Both the position numbers and the translations under genes were made by a program. The notes under the pieces are model-generated. The model was not told the DNA's origin, did no database searches, and worked only from the letters and a program-made list of their open reading frames with translations. From positions 10,480,001-10,544,000 of the forward strand of contig NC_087252.1 in NCBI RefSeq assembly GCF_037042905.1: a DNA stretch of 64,000 nucleotides, written 5' to 3'. This document shows, piece after piece, positions 42,801 through 55,230 of this stretch. Origin of the DNA: Lytechinus pictus (Eukaryota). How positions within the stretch are numbered: the stretch's first letter is position 1; each line of letters begins with the position of its first letter.

Positions 42801-44994
42801 CTTGCCGATAACCTTGGTGCAGGAGAAGACGATCAAGAATCTTGCAGATTATGGGAGCAACCTGCTCCCAGAAGACAACTCAGGCTCTGGAGGTTGCTGC
42901 AACAAAGTGCTGTAATAAACAACAGCTATGCAGCAACGCATGAGTGGATTGGGCATCAGCTCTACCAGCATGTTCTTCAAAGACTGGTAAGGCCCCATTT
43001 AGGGGAGCATTGCACGAATGAAATAGTATCGAGTATTGTTATAAGCTACTGAAAATCCTTTCATCCGATTGGCTGAGAGCCCCCAAATCGGTGAAAATCA
43101 ATGACACTTTCCATGAAACACGACCCAGGGGCCCGTAATACAAAGCTTAGCAATTATCATAGAACATTTTTACGATTGATTGCATTGACTACAATGTACA
43201 ATTAATTGCAAAATCAAGCATACAATTAATCACTGACATTTGTGTTACAAGACCCAGATGTGATGCGAGAAATTGAAGGAACTTTTTTAAATGGGAGCAT
43301 CGTGGTTATGAATTTCATTATTCATGAGTACAGTAATACCATGTTGTCGTGAGTTTTTCTATGCAAATCTGGAACGATTTTGCATGCAAACTTCCTTGAA
43401 AATGTGATTGCCCAACATATGTATGCATTTTTTCAGCAAAAAAAGTTTCTTACATCTGCAACATTCTTCTTGATACTTATTTTTAGTGCTTATTGAGCTT
43501 ATTTGCTTAATTTTCCTTCCTCTTTCCTGAAATAGCTGTCAGTAGACTTGATCAGCTCTAATTTGTTTATTTTTGTGATGATGATTTTCTAACTCACCTT
43601 TCAAAGTCACAAATATACCAATTTTTTCCTGTTGCAATGTTTTTTGTTTGTTTGCTAATGTGTATTATTACATTTTAACATCTACCAGTTAGCACCTTAA
43701 TCTTTGATCTCTATTCACAGCCGACGGAAGGCCTTGAAGGTATGAAAAGAAATATACCGTGGCTTAGACAAGCTAGTTGCTATGGTAACATGGATGCTGC
43801 TAGTCTCCTAGCAACGGTATACAATGCTGGACTTGGAGTACAGACAAACGTGTCAAAGGTGAGACATTCTGAATTTACTTTCTCCAATGCAAGCTTTACC
43901 TTTATTATATATATATATATGTTTTCATTCACAGATAATGAAACAAAAATTAGTGATATTTCGCAGATCCACTTTGACTTGATTCTTCCGTTTATCAACA
44001 CAGTCTTTCATCTATTGACTGGTAGCAGCGCAAGGGTAGTAATCACCTTTAGTACATTGTTAGCTTTAGCTATTATATTTGAAAATGTGCTGAGTCCTAT
44101 TTCACTGATCTGCCTTGAATTTATTTCTTCTATTCATTTACACAGGCTATGATCTACTGGCTGGTAGCAGCGCAAGGTGGCAATCATCTTGCTATGCTAG
44201 CCTTAGCTAACAAACATCACAAAGGCATTGATGGCGTCCCCGTTGACATGGACTATGCTTTCAGTAAGGAACAATCCATTCTCATTTTGAAGCAGATTCA
44301 TGCTCTTGTGCGTTATTATCTAATGGGGTATTGCAAGAACGTTGTGATCAATTGCAACTCTATTATGGGTCCCAATATCAATCCTAAATCTGGAAATTGA
44401 TAACAAATTTTGATGCAATTGATGATCTGCTTCTTGAAACAGAAATTTGAATCAACTTGCTATAATCACAATCAGTCTATCAATTGTAAAGTTGTGATAG
44501 TAATTTGCAATGGATTGCATATATATTTTCTACCAACTTCCCCTATTAAGTCTTATTTGAAAAATAGTTATTGTATGTATTAAATAATGTATGTCAGTGG
44601 TGGATTCACAAATTGGTGCCTTTTATGCTCAAACCCCCCCCCCCTCCCCCGATGTAATGCCCATCTTTATGCTCACTCTACAAATTTGTATAGGATTTTA
44701 GAAGTTAGGTGTGTAACATTTTCTTGATCTTGCAATGGTGGTGACAGTCAAGAATCTAATCTTTGATCCCATTTCATCTCTCTATACAGACTATTATTAC
44801 AAGATTGCTCAGGAAACCGCGTTGGATAGGACAAAGCACACAGAAAATGATGTAAGTATAGAAAGTAACTATGGTGCATATTCGCTATCATCAGGATGTG
44901 TGGAAAAACAGAGAGAGATGTGTATATGATATAAAAGTGCCAAATAGGTAGGTGGGTGGGTGGGTGGGTGGATGGACGGATGGATGGATAGATG

Positions 44995-45083
<89 letters not shown>

Positions 45084-48000
45084 TTTAACAATAATAAAAA
45101 GAGTGCTACTACACAATGTCAATATATTTTATAGAAAGATAAAACATTACAAGCAGTTGATAACTCTATTAAAGTATGGACCACAAGAAACTGAATGAGT
45201 GAAGAGTGCCCTCTTGTGACCATTATTTGTCCATCCAGATTCATTTTGAAGCGATACGTCTGACGGACGAGCAGCAGCTACAGACCCAGACTGGTGAGAG
45301 TGGTGACTATTTTAAATGGCTCAAACATCAAGCCAAACAAGGCGTGGCAGATGCACAGGTAGGGACACCATTCTCTTGAGATATGTCACCATTCTTTATT
45401 AATTTATGAGGGGTAATGAATTTAGGCTTGATTTTCTAAAGATGAGTATTGCTGTTCATATCTGATGATAAATTTGCATGAATTTTCTCTATAAAATTGG
45501 TGAAGTAAAGTTAGGCTTGAACATAAAACTAAACAAGGGGAGTTCGGGAACTTGTTTTTTAATGCTTAACCCTTTCAGTCTCAGATAGATAATATTGTCA
45601 TAATTCTGATCAAGATCAAAATGGCTTATTTTTTTATTTTCAAATACTTGTTTGTATTAAGGTGACCCTATTGTATGATGTGACAATGAAATAATTAATT
45701 CTTTATGTGATATTTAATTGTGTTAACTGCCCTTTTCTTTTTTGTTGTCCTCAGCATAATTTGCTTTACAGCCTGAATGTTTTTTTTTATAACATACAAA
45801 ATAGATGCATGCTAAAATGATTGATATTCATGTTCTAATTATAAACATGTATGCTTTCATATACTGTGATATAATCTATAATTGTCATAGTTTTGGTATT
45901 GTCTTTAAAGAATTCTTAATTTCATTGCATTTAAGATCAACTAAAAATCAACTTGGAGAATAGTTTGTAGATTGCATGGCTGGTGAAAAGTTTGACATTC
46001 ATTTTGTCTTTAATCATAAAAGAAAATAGAAGCTTACAGAATTGCTCCATGTATATATGCATGCTCATTAGTGTTTCTCAACTTTCTTCCCCCAAAGGCC
46101 CACTTTGGTCGCTTCATTAATTATTTTCCGCGGCTCACCTCCATTCTTAATTTCACTTTGAGGCCCATCTCACATATCTGAATAAAAAGAAAATCTTCAA
46201 GTAACATAACAAACGAGTGCAGAATCAGTGATGTCTCGTTACCCTTTTTTGTTTGCTTTTTAATTTTTCTTGATATCATATCCCAGCGGAGGATGAACCC
46301 AATTTGATGCGAAGAGTTCAAGGGGGCCTAAGATGTAGCCCTGTGAATACCCACTTAGCCCTGTTGAAATGAGTGTAAATTGGCCTGGTTCATAAATTGT
46401 TTGGAAAAGGGAAAAATTACATATGGGATGGTTCTTAATTCACCCTCAAAATGCCCCAAGAGATATTAAAAAACTAAAAAAGAACCCATGAAATATGTAT
46501 ATGATCCAATGTAAACTGTAAATACAATGTAGAAAATTTTTTCCTGGTGATCTCAAAATGTAGACCCAGAAAGGTTTTTATCACTTTTTTGCCTTGTTCG
46601 GAACAATTCTAATGTACCCTGATTTTGATGGGGTCTATTGGGTATTCATTTTGTTCCATGACAATTGCTCCGATTGAAAATCTGCCTTTTAAGCCAAGTA
46701 TAATATCCAACACTAAATAAACCCTAATCCTTATCTTCACATCATTCTGAACCAAAAATTATTACAATCCTAGCTATAACCCTATGCCCTCTTAGATATT
46801 ATGACCAGGCCACCAGGGCAAATGTCACAGGAGTAAATGTTGTGTCACCATTCATTTGGCCATACCTTTGGCAACCATGGCCCTATTCAAGTCAAAATTT
46901 GAGGTTTTTAATCATGCTCTACCAAAGTTTGGTCATTGAAATACGCAACAAGAAGGGGGACGTCAAACAAATTTGGTAAATTATAGAAAATATACCATTT
47001 TGAATCGCAACACTGTGACATTGCCTACGTGTACAGGTTGTCCCCAATTTCATATGACTTGATCACATTGATAATGGAACACAGACCACCAGCTGAGAAC
47101 CGCTGATATTCTGTACAATATGACAGAGAAGTTCATGACTGAATGTTGTAATAATTATGCATGTGATATATGGAATGGTGTGGACTTTTCATGACAATGA
47201 TAAGATTTTTTAAAGAAATGATAGTATTAGAAATTTCATTAGGAAAACAAGTTGCCTTTTTTCTTCCAATTTTGAATGCATGTAATTCATCCATGTCTTT
47301 CTTCATTTTCCATATCTTTCCAATACCTCCTCCCCTCCCCTCTAAACACATCCCGCAATCTCTCACTTCCAAATACTTCTTCTCTGTCTTAATACATCTT
47401 TCCCAATCCGCACTTTCTGATGCCTTTTTCTACATCATATCTCACTCTTCTCTCTCCTATTTCTTTCTCTTTCTCTCTCCCTTCTCTGTCTCTACTCATA
47501 TCTGGACCCATTTCTACATTTCATTATCATTTTCTTTGTACCTCTCTCTCCTCCCCCTTCCCTCCCTCATTCTCCCCTTCATTCATCCCGTCATCGTAGC
47601 TCAATCTAGCTCGCATGTATTACCATGGTGCGGCAGGGGTGCAGAGAGACATGGCAGCGGCCGCAGAGTTCTATCGCCTCAATGCGGAACAGAACCCTGC
47701 CGATCCCGTCGCTCAGTACGACTATGCTGTCCTTCATCTCCGGGTGGGTATTCTCTGGTGGAGGTCAGAGGTCAAAGGTCATGGCACAGTTTGGGGTTGT
47801 ACTACTTGGAGATGCGATTTTTCTGGCTTTTTCAGACCTTATATTTCCTAGCACATGGGTTTTAACATGTTCTGGCTTTACAGGCCCAGTTACAAAACTG
47901 ACTGCCATACAGGTACACATTCCTGATTACTCGCCCTGTGTATTATGAAGACTGCTTGATCATGTTAAAAAATGTAGTGCGGCTAGTCATAAAGTGATCT

Positions 48001-51000
48001 CAATTTTCTCTGAAAAATGAATGTAAGGAATGATTACAAAAGTAAGGCAACACAAGCTGAATGTGCTGAGATTCACAGTATAGTGTATTGATAATGGGAG
48101 TCACCCACAGCAATGAAAAAGCTTATCCCTGTATGAAATTATTTTTTTGTCATATTCATGTATTTGAAAATACATCAATATACTTCGAATAGAATAAGGT
48201 AATCCTAAAGTAACCCATTTTCAGCCAAGATTGTACCAATGGCAATGCTTAGATTTTCTAAACCCCAAACTGTGTCAATCTTTTGTCTCTTGCTAATTAT
48301 AGTGGAGTGCATTGTAGTGGAGAAATTGGTGCTTCAGATGTGCATGTTTTTATTTTCTATTTCAAAATGGCTGTAGTATACACACTGTCAAAGGAAAACT
48401 TTTAGAAGCTGAATAGAGCAAACTAAATAGAACAAACACATTTGAATTCATACAATTGCACAATATTTAAGTATATTCATGAATCTTGGTATATTTGGAT
48501 ATGTCAATAAATTTGGCTTTATATTGATAAATTTGAATTAATCAATAAATTTGATTATTTTTTTACATATCCACAATTTTTGATGCATTCAAGTTTGTCA
48601 CTATATTTGAATATTTTGATGCGTCAATTAATATGAATATATCATTTGAATATTATTGAATATTGTTATCAAAATCGACTACTTCAGAGCAGTATTGAAG
48701 TCATGTACATCAAAAAATTAGAATATTTTTTGACATATCCAAAAACCTTGATACATGTTTAAATCAATATATATGAATATATATCAAAATGAATATGAAT
48801 ATATTTGAATATAATGATCAAAATGCATGACTACAGAGCAGTATTGCCCAGACTCTATTTTGGGGAACACGTGGAGTGAAGAGAAACATGGAACACGCTT
48901 CAGCGTATTACGCCGAGACGGCACAGACGCATCCAATAAATAAGATCGCACTCTATGACTACGGTATTGTGCTTCTACGGGTGAGGAAAAAAGTGGCCAA
49001 CAAGATTTCTCTTTGAATTCAATTCAATTCAAATTCATTTCCACAATTGAAAGATAAATCATTGGCAAAAAAAAAAAGCTATTTTATTTGTGGAGGGGTT
49101 TAAGGAAACCTAATTGCTTAATTAAATACAAGTGTAAATTAGCCCCATGACAATAATAAAACTAATATATGTAGAATTTGCATGAGAATGAAGAAAATAC
49201 AGTCGTAACATACATGTACAGTATACATGTACATGTAATTTAAAATAATATCCAGAAGAGATAATTATCAAGGAAATTGTCTTGATAATAGCATTGTGAT
49301 GTAAAAAGGGAGCATCTCATTAAAGAACTATTCAGTGATTTTTCACTGACTATTTGCTATAAGCTATTGAAATCCTTGCTTCTGATTGGTTCAGATGAAA
49401 TTAGTCAGTGAAAATCACTGAAAGGATACTTCATGAAAAGCGCCCTTGAATTGTTCTAATCCAACAGGGCATAAGTTGTGGATAAACATGTCTGATCATC
49501 AACCTTTTATCAAATTAATTTGAAATATGATATATTCTTAAAGTACATATACTGAAAGAGAATGAGGTAACTACTGTAGAATATGAATCAATGTAAAAGC
49601 GTCATATTGATAGCATCAAATTCCGATGACAATTGACTACAATTATATTGTTTGAAAGAATCAAGGTACATATATGGCATGAATACACATCTTTGAGGTG
49701 TTTTATATTAGCTGTTCATATTACAACTTTTTACCTTTTCTTGTGCTAAATCAGATGCCCGACAATTTATATCCCTTTCTGCTTCTTGTGAAAAGCAATC
49801 TATTTAGATTAGAATTCTCATTTGAATGGAAAATGTATTACTTGTCTGAAGAAGTTCACTCCCATTATGATAAAAGATAACAAATTTGGCTACGTCAAGT
49901 AGCACAAGAAAGGGTCACCAGATATGCATAAAGTCATGCATATTAAAATCTTACCAGCAGCTTTGACATATATTGTAATTGTGATTGTATCATGAAATGG
50001 GGACTTAAGGCCACTGCACACCTTACGACTGATCGCGATCCGATTTTGGAACAACTCGCATTTTGCTCATTTTCTCAAAAAGTGAATGGAACATATCATT
50101 TTATAGTATCCCGTAATTAGTAACCAACTGGAATAAAATTATTGGAAATGGTTTTTTGACTGATTTGAGTAGGTATGGGTGTCAACATTTACCAAAAAAA
50201 AGTTAGAAGGAATACGGGTTGGGGAAAGTGCTTTTTTTCAAGGTCAAAGGTCAATGACATTTTTAAATATACCGTATCATGGTATCTCCCAGATAAAATA
50301 TTACAGGTTGGTGATCATGGTGTCAAAATGCACAGATTCGTACATGAAGATCAAATAAAATCAAATCAAGTACCTACAATGCTCATTCACCCATGAAATT
50401 CAAGGTCAAAGCCCTTCAAAGTTCAATGACCTTTATTACATTATATACCATATACGGTATAATGGTATCTCTGAGATGAAAAGGTGCAGGTTGGTGATCT
50501 AGGTGTCAAAATGCAGAGGTTCTTACAGGAAGATCAAATAAAATCAAATTAATTACCAGAATGCACATTAAACAATAAAATTCAAGGTCAAAGCCTTTCA
50601 AAGGTCAATGACCTTTTTTCTACATCATATACCATATACGGTATAATGCTATCTCTCAGATGAAAAGGCGCAGGTTGGTGATCTTGGTGTCAAAATGCAC
50701 AGATTCTTACAAGAAGATCAAATGAAATCAAATCAAGTACCTACAATGCTCATTCACCAAATGAATGAAATTCAAGGTCAAAGCCTTTCAAAGCTCAATG
50801 ACCTTTTTTTTACATTGTATACCATATACGGTATAATGGTATCTCTGAGATGAAATGGTGCAGGTTGTTGATCTTGGTGTCAAAATGCAGAGGTTCTTAC
50901 AGGAAGATCAAATAAAATAGAATTAAGTACCCAGAATGCATATTAAACTATAAAATTCAAGGTAAAAGCCTTTCAAAGGTCAATGACCTTTTTTACATTA

Positions 51001-54000
51001 TGTATCACACTGTATAATAGTATCTCTGAGATGAAACGGCACAGGTTGGTGATCGTTGTATCAAAATTCCCAGATTCTTACAGGAAGGTCAAATAAGATA
51101 AAGTTAATTACCTAGAATGCATACTAACCCATAAAGTTCAAGGTCAAAGGTCAGTGACCTTTTTACATAGGCTATATATCGTATAAAGGTATCTCTGAGA
51201 TAAAACGCTGCATGTTGGTGATTTTGATGTCAAAAAGCAATTTTTGCAAGAAGATAAAAAAGACTCAACATAATCCAATATCCAAAGTCAAAGGTCAAAA
51301 GTTGATAAATATTTATATATCCATGCATGATTCCCCCAAAAAAGAAATTTATCCATTATATTCACATTTTATTTGTGAATAATAGAAAGAAAGATAACTA
51401 TTTGTAATGAACACTTGGAAGTCTAATAATTTCACTCTGAAAGAAATAAGGATAAAAAATGGCCATGGAAAATATATTTAGGAGTTAAAGGTCAATCAAC
51501 TATGTCAATAGCGTCAGGGAATTTAAGTAAATAGGTCGATATAACGTGATTGTGGCATGTAGGTATAGTGATTCTGATGGGAAAAAGACTGACCTCTGTG
51601 GAAAAAGAACACAAATTCAATAGTTGAATCCTTGACCAATGATGATGTCAAAATACAAGTTCGAGGTAAAATTGGATCAAATAGCACTTTTTCTTATAAT
51701 ATACTGTAATGCATTGACAAAAGTGTAAAAAAAAAATAATGTGTGATGTAATTTGAAATGGTGACAATGGTGAAGTTACCTAAAGTAGCAGCATTTAGAT
51801 ATGCATTTTATAAATCTAAATCAAGGTGCTAATTTCTCTGTAGCAATAGGTCACTAACCTCAAATGCTACAATCAATACTATAACGCTATAACTTAATCT
51901 GTAAATGGAAAGGATAGGCCTAAGTCTTATGGCAAGCATCATCCGAGAACATTTTCATATAGCCAGGGACAATGACGAAGAATTAAAATAAGGCAATCAT
52001 TAGAGCTGCAGCTTTTTTGTCATAGATGAAGTTAAGTGTCTCAACTTCAGCAAAGAGTAATTGAACTCTTGAAAACCTTCTGACATTTTCAAGACTTTGA
52101 TCTGGCCCATTCAATGAAAGCCTAACGTTCTGTCAAGGGATATCAGACCAGGATCTATATCATTACTGATAATTGCACACCTTGATTCTCAAGAACTGGA
52201 AGTGGTGCTGTAGGAGTTTTGTTAGGTCGGTGGATGTGTACTTGTAAGCTATTATCTCCTTTTGAACTTCATTGTTATATGCCTAATTTGTGCATTATAA
52301 TAATCAGTTGTTCTGGACCAAAAACATGATCCTTGTACAAACTGATACCTAGTAGAAATAGCATCATGGGTGACGTACGGCAGAGAGCAGATATGAAGTT
52401 TTGTCTTGCAGCATTAGCATCACAAGCGATTCTGGCAGCTCGCAATGAACTGATGAAAGGTACTAATAATACGGGAATTCACCTTAGTTTGTTGAAGTTG
52501 ATATATATATAATTTACTACATGTATATGACAGAAGCTGCAGCTCTAATGATGGCCTTCATTTCATCATCATCATCATCCCTCTGCTGTTTGGAAATGCT
52601 CTCAGATGATGCTAGCTGTGACATGAGAGTTAGACCTGTCCTATCCATTTTCAATAGTTTATAGTATTTATTATAGCATTGAGGTGAGTGGCTTATCGCT
52701 GGAGAGAAAAGACACGACAACTTTGATTTAGATAAAATGATGCATTAAATGCTGCTACTTAAGATAAAAATCATTTCAAATTATATTCTTGATTTCATTT
52801 ATTTTTCAGTGCTTTTGGCAATGCATCGCAGTATATGAAAAAGTGTTATTTGGTTATTGTTATCAACTTTTTAAACTTAATTTCCACTGATATTTTGGAA
52901 AGGGCTCATTGACCTCTGACCCCTAAATACATTCTCCATGGCCTTCATTATTTCAGACCGAAATTATGAAACCTCCATGTTTTCATTACAAATTAGCCAT
53001 GGTTATTAACATTATTCAGATATAAAATATGAACACAAAAGATATTGTTTTTGGTTATTTTTGTATCATATAGATTATATATTTCCTCTGATCTAGGATT
53101 TCAAGGGTGAAAGTTTATTCTTTATACTTATTTTAGTGTTGTTTAATCTTCTTGTACAAGTCTTTGGATTTTGGCACCAAGATCACCAACCTGCTGTGTT
53201 TTATCTCAGAGATACCATTAATTATTATTATCCCATGTTAAAAAGGACATTGACCTTTGTCCTTGAATTTTATGGGTGAATGTACATTCTCGATGCTTAA
53301 TTTTATTTTATCTTCCTGTAAGAATATGCGTGTTTTGACACCAAGAACACCAACCTGCATCGTTTTATCTTAGAGATACAATTATATAATATGGTATATG
53401 TAGTATAAAAGGTCATTGACCTTTGGCCTTAAATTTTATGCGTGAATGTGCATTCTAGGTACTTAATTTTATTCCATTTGATCTTCTGTTAAGAATCTGT
53501 GCATTTTGACACCATGATCACCAACCTGTGCTTTTTCATCGCAGGGATACCATTATACAGTATGGTATATAATGTAAATAGGTCATTGACCTTTGAAAAG
53601 CTTTGACCTTGAATTTTATTGGTGAATGTGCATTCTAGGTACTTAAGTTTATTTTATTTGATCTTCTTGTAAGAATCTGTACATTTTGACACAATGATCA
53701 CCAGCATGTACCTTATCATCTCAGAGATACCATTATACGGTATGGTATATAATGTAAAAAAGGTCATTGACCTTTTGAAAGGCTTTGACCTTGAATTTGA
53801 TAGGTGAATGTGCATTCTAGGTCATTAATTTTATTCTATTTGATATTCTGGTAAGAATTTGTGCATTTTGACACCATTATCACCAACCTGCGCCTTTCCA
53901 TCTCAGAGATACCATTATACAGTATGTACGAAAAGGTCATTGACCTTTGACCTTGAAAAAAGGCACTTTCCCCAACCCGTATTCCTCCTAACTTTTTTTG

Positions 54001-55199
54001 GGTAAATGTTGACACCCATACCTACTCAAATCAGTCAAAAAACCATTTCCAATAATTTTATTCCAGATTGGCTCTTTTGGGGTCTAATTTAGGGATACTA
54101 TTATGTGAGGTTGAAATTTATTGAAAGAATACTGATATAACCATTTTGATAGATTACAAGCCTTTATTTTAGAGTAAAGGCCAAATTAGTTTTAAATCGT
54201 AGGCAATCGTACGACTGCTATGACGTCATTACGACTAGATTTTAAATTCGCTTTTATTCTAAGAAGGATGATAGCACATTCACAGATTTGAATACAGGTA
54301 TTCGTATGATGATTTAGAACATTACGCAGGTTAAAGATATTCCAAGTCTCAATATTAGCATCAAATTCTACTACATTTTATTCTGAAATTGGGTCGCAGA
54401 CCAATCGTAAGGTGTGCGGTCGCCTTTAGTCTCCCAAGGTCAAAAGGTCACAGATGTCATTGTATGCATCCTATGTTTTGTTGTTTGTTTGTTTTTCCTG
54501 ATAGGGTCAAGGTGTGGAGAAGGATGAGGAGAAAGGAATGGATTACCTCAACAAGTCAGCTGCATTGGTGAGCTTGATATGAATTATTTATGTAATATCA
54601 TCTGAATCAATGAATATTCATTAATGCTCATTGATATTCATGAATATTAATTGATTTTTCTTGTCAATTGAGTTCATGTCCACTTTAGAGAGAAGTATTT
54701 CGTTTCCAAGAGTATTTGATGTTGAAAGGCACCACCCTATAAAATTCACTTGGGATGTCAAGGTGCTAAAAAATACTGAATAATAATGCAAGTATAGAAA
54801 TTAAATAACTATGATGATGACAATGATGAATGGGAGTAGAAATAGTGATAGTGAAAAATTATAATGTCGGTGATAAAAAATAATTATAGCAATAACGATG
54901 ATAGATAAGTATAATGCAATATGTTTCATTTACTAATTATTTAAAAACCTGAAAAAAAACTGAAGTGTTCTCTGCCCTGTTTTCTTATAAACTTGTTCGT
55001 TGAACTTTGAACTCTTAGGGTCACGGTCCAGCGTATACCGCCCTCGGTTGGTACAAGCTGAATTTTGATCATGATGATAAGGCTGCGGCGCACTACTTTG
55101 AGAGGGGTGATGCCTTGGGGCATAGAGATGCTGCACATAACCTGGGATATATGCATCTATATGGGAGATACCCTGGAAAATCTATTGATAGGGTAAGAA

Positions 55200-55230
<31 letters not shown>

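Noticed and set aside
44748..45122. LSIY-repeat ORFs
   Set aside because: Translation of (GATA)n.
47170..47865. 231-aa hydrophobic ORF
   Set aside because: Arises from the stop-poor pyrimidine tract and crosses exon 13a out of frame.
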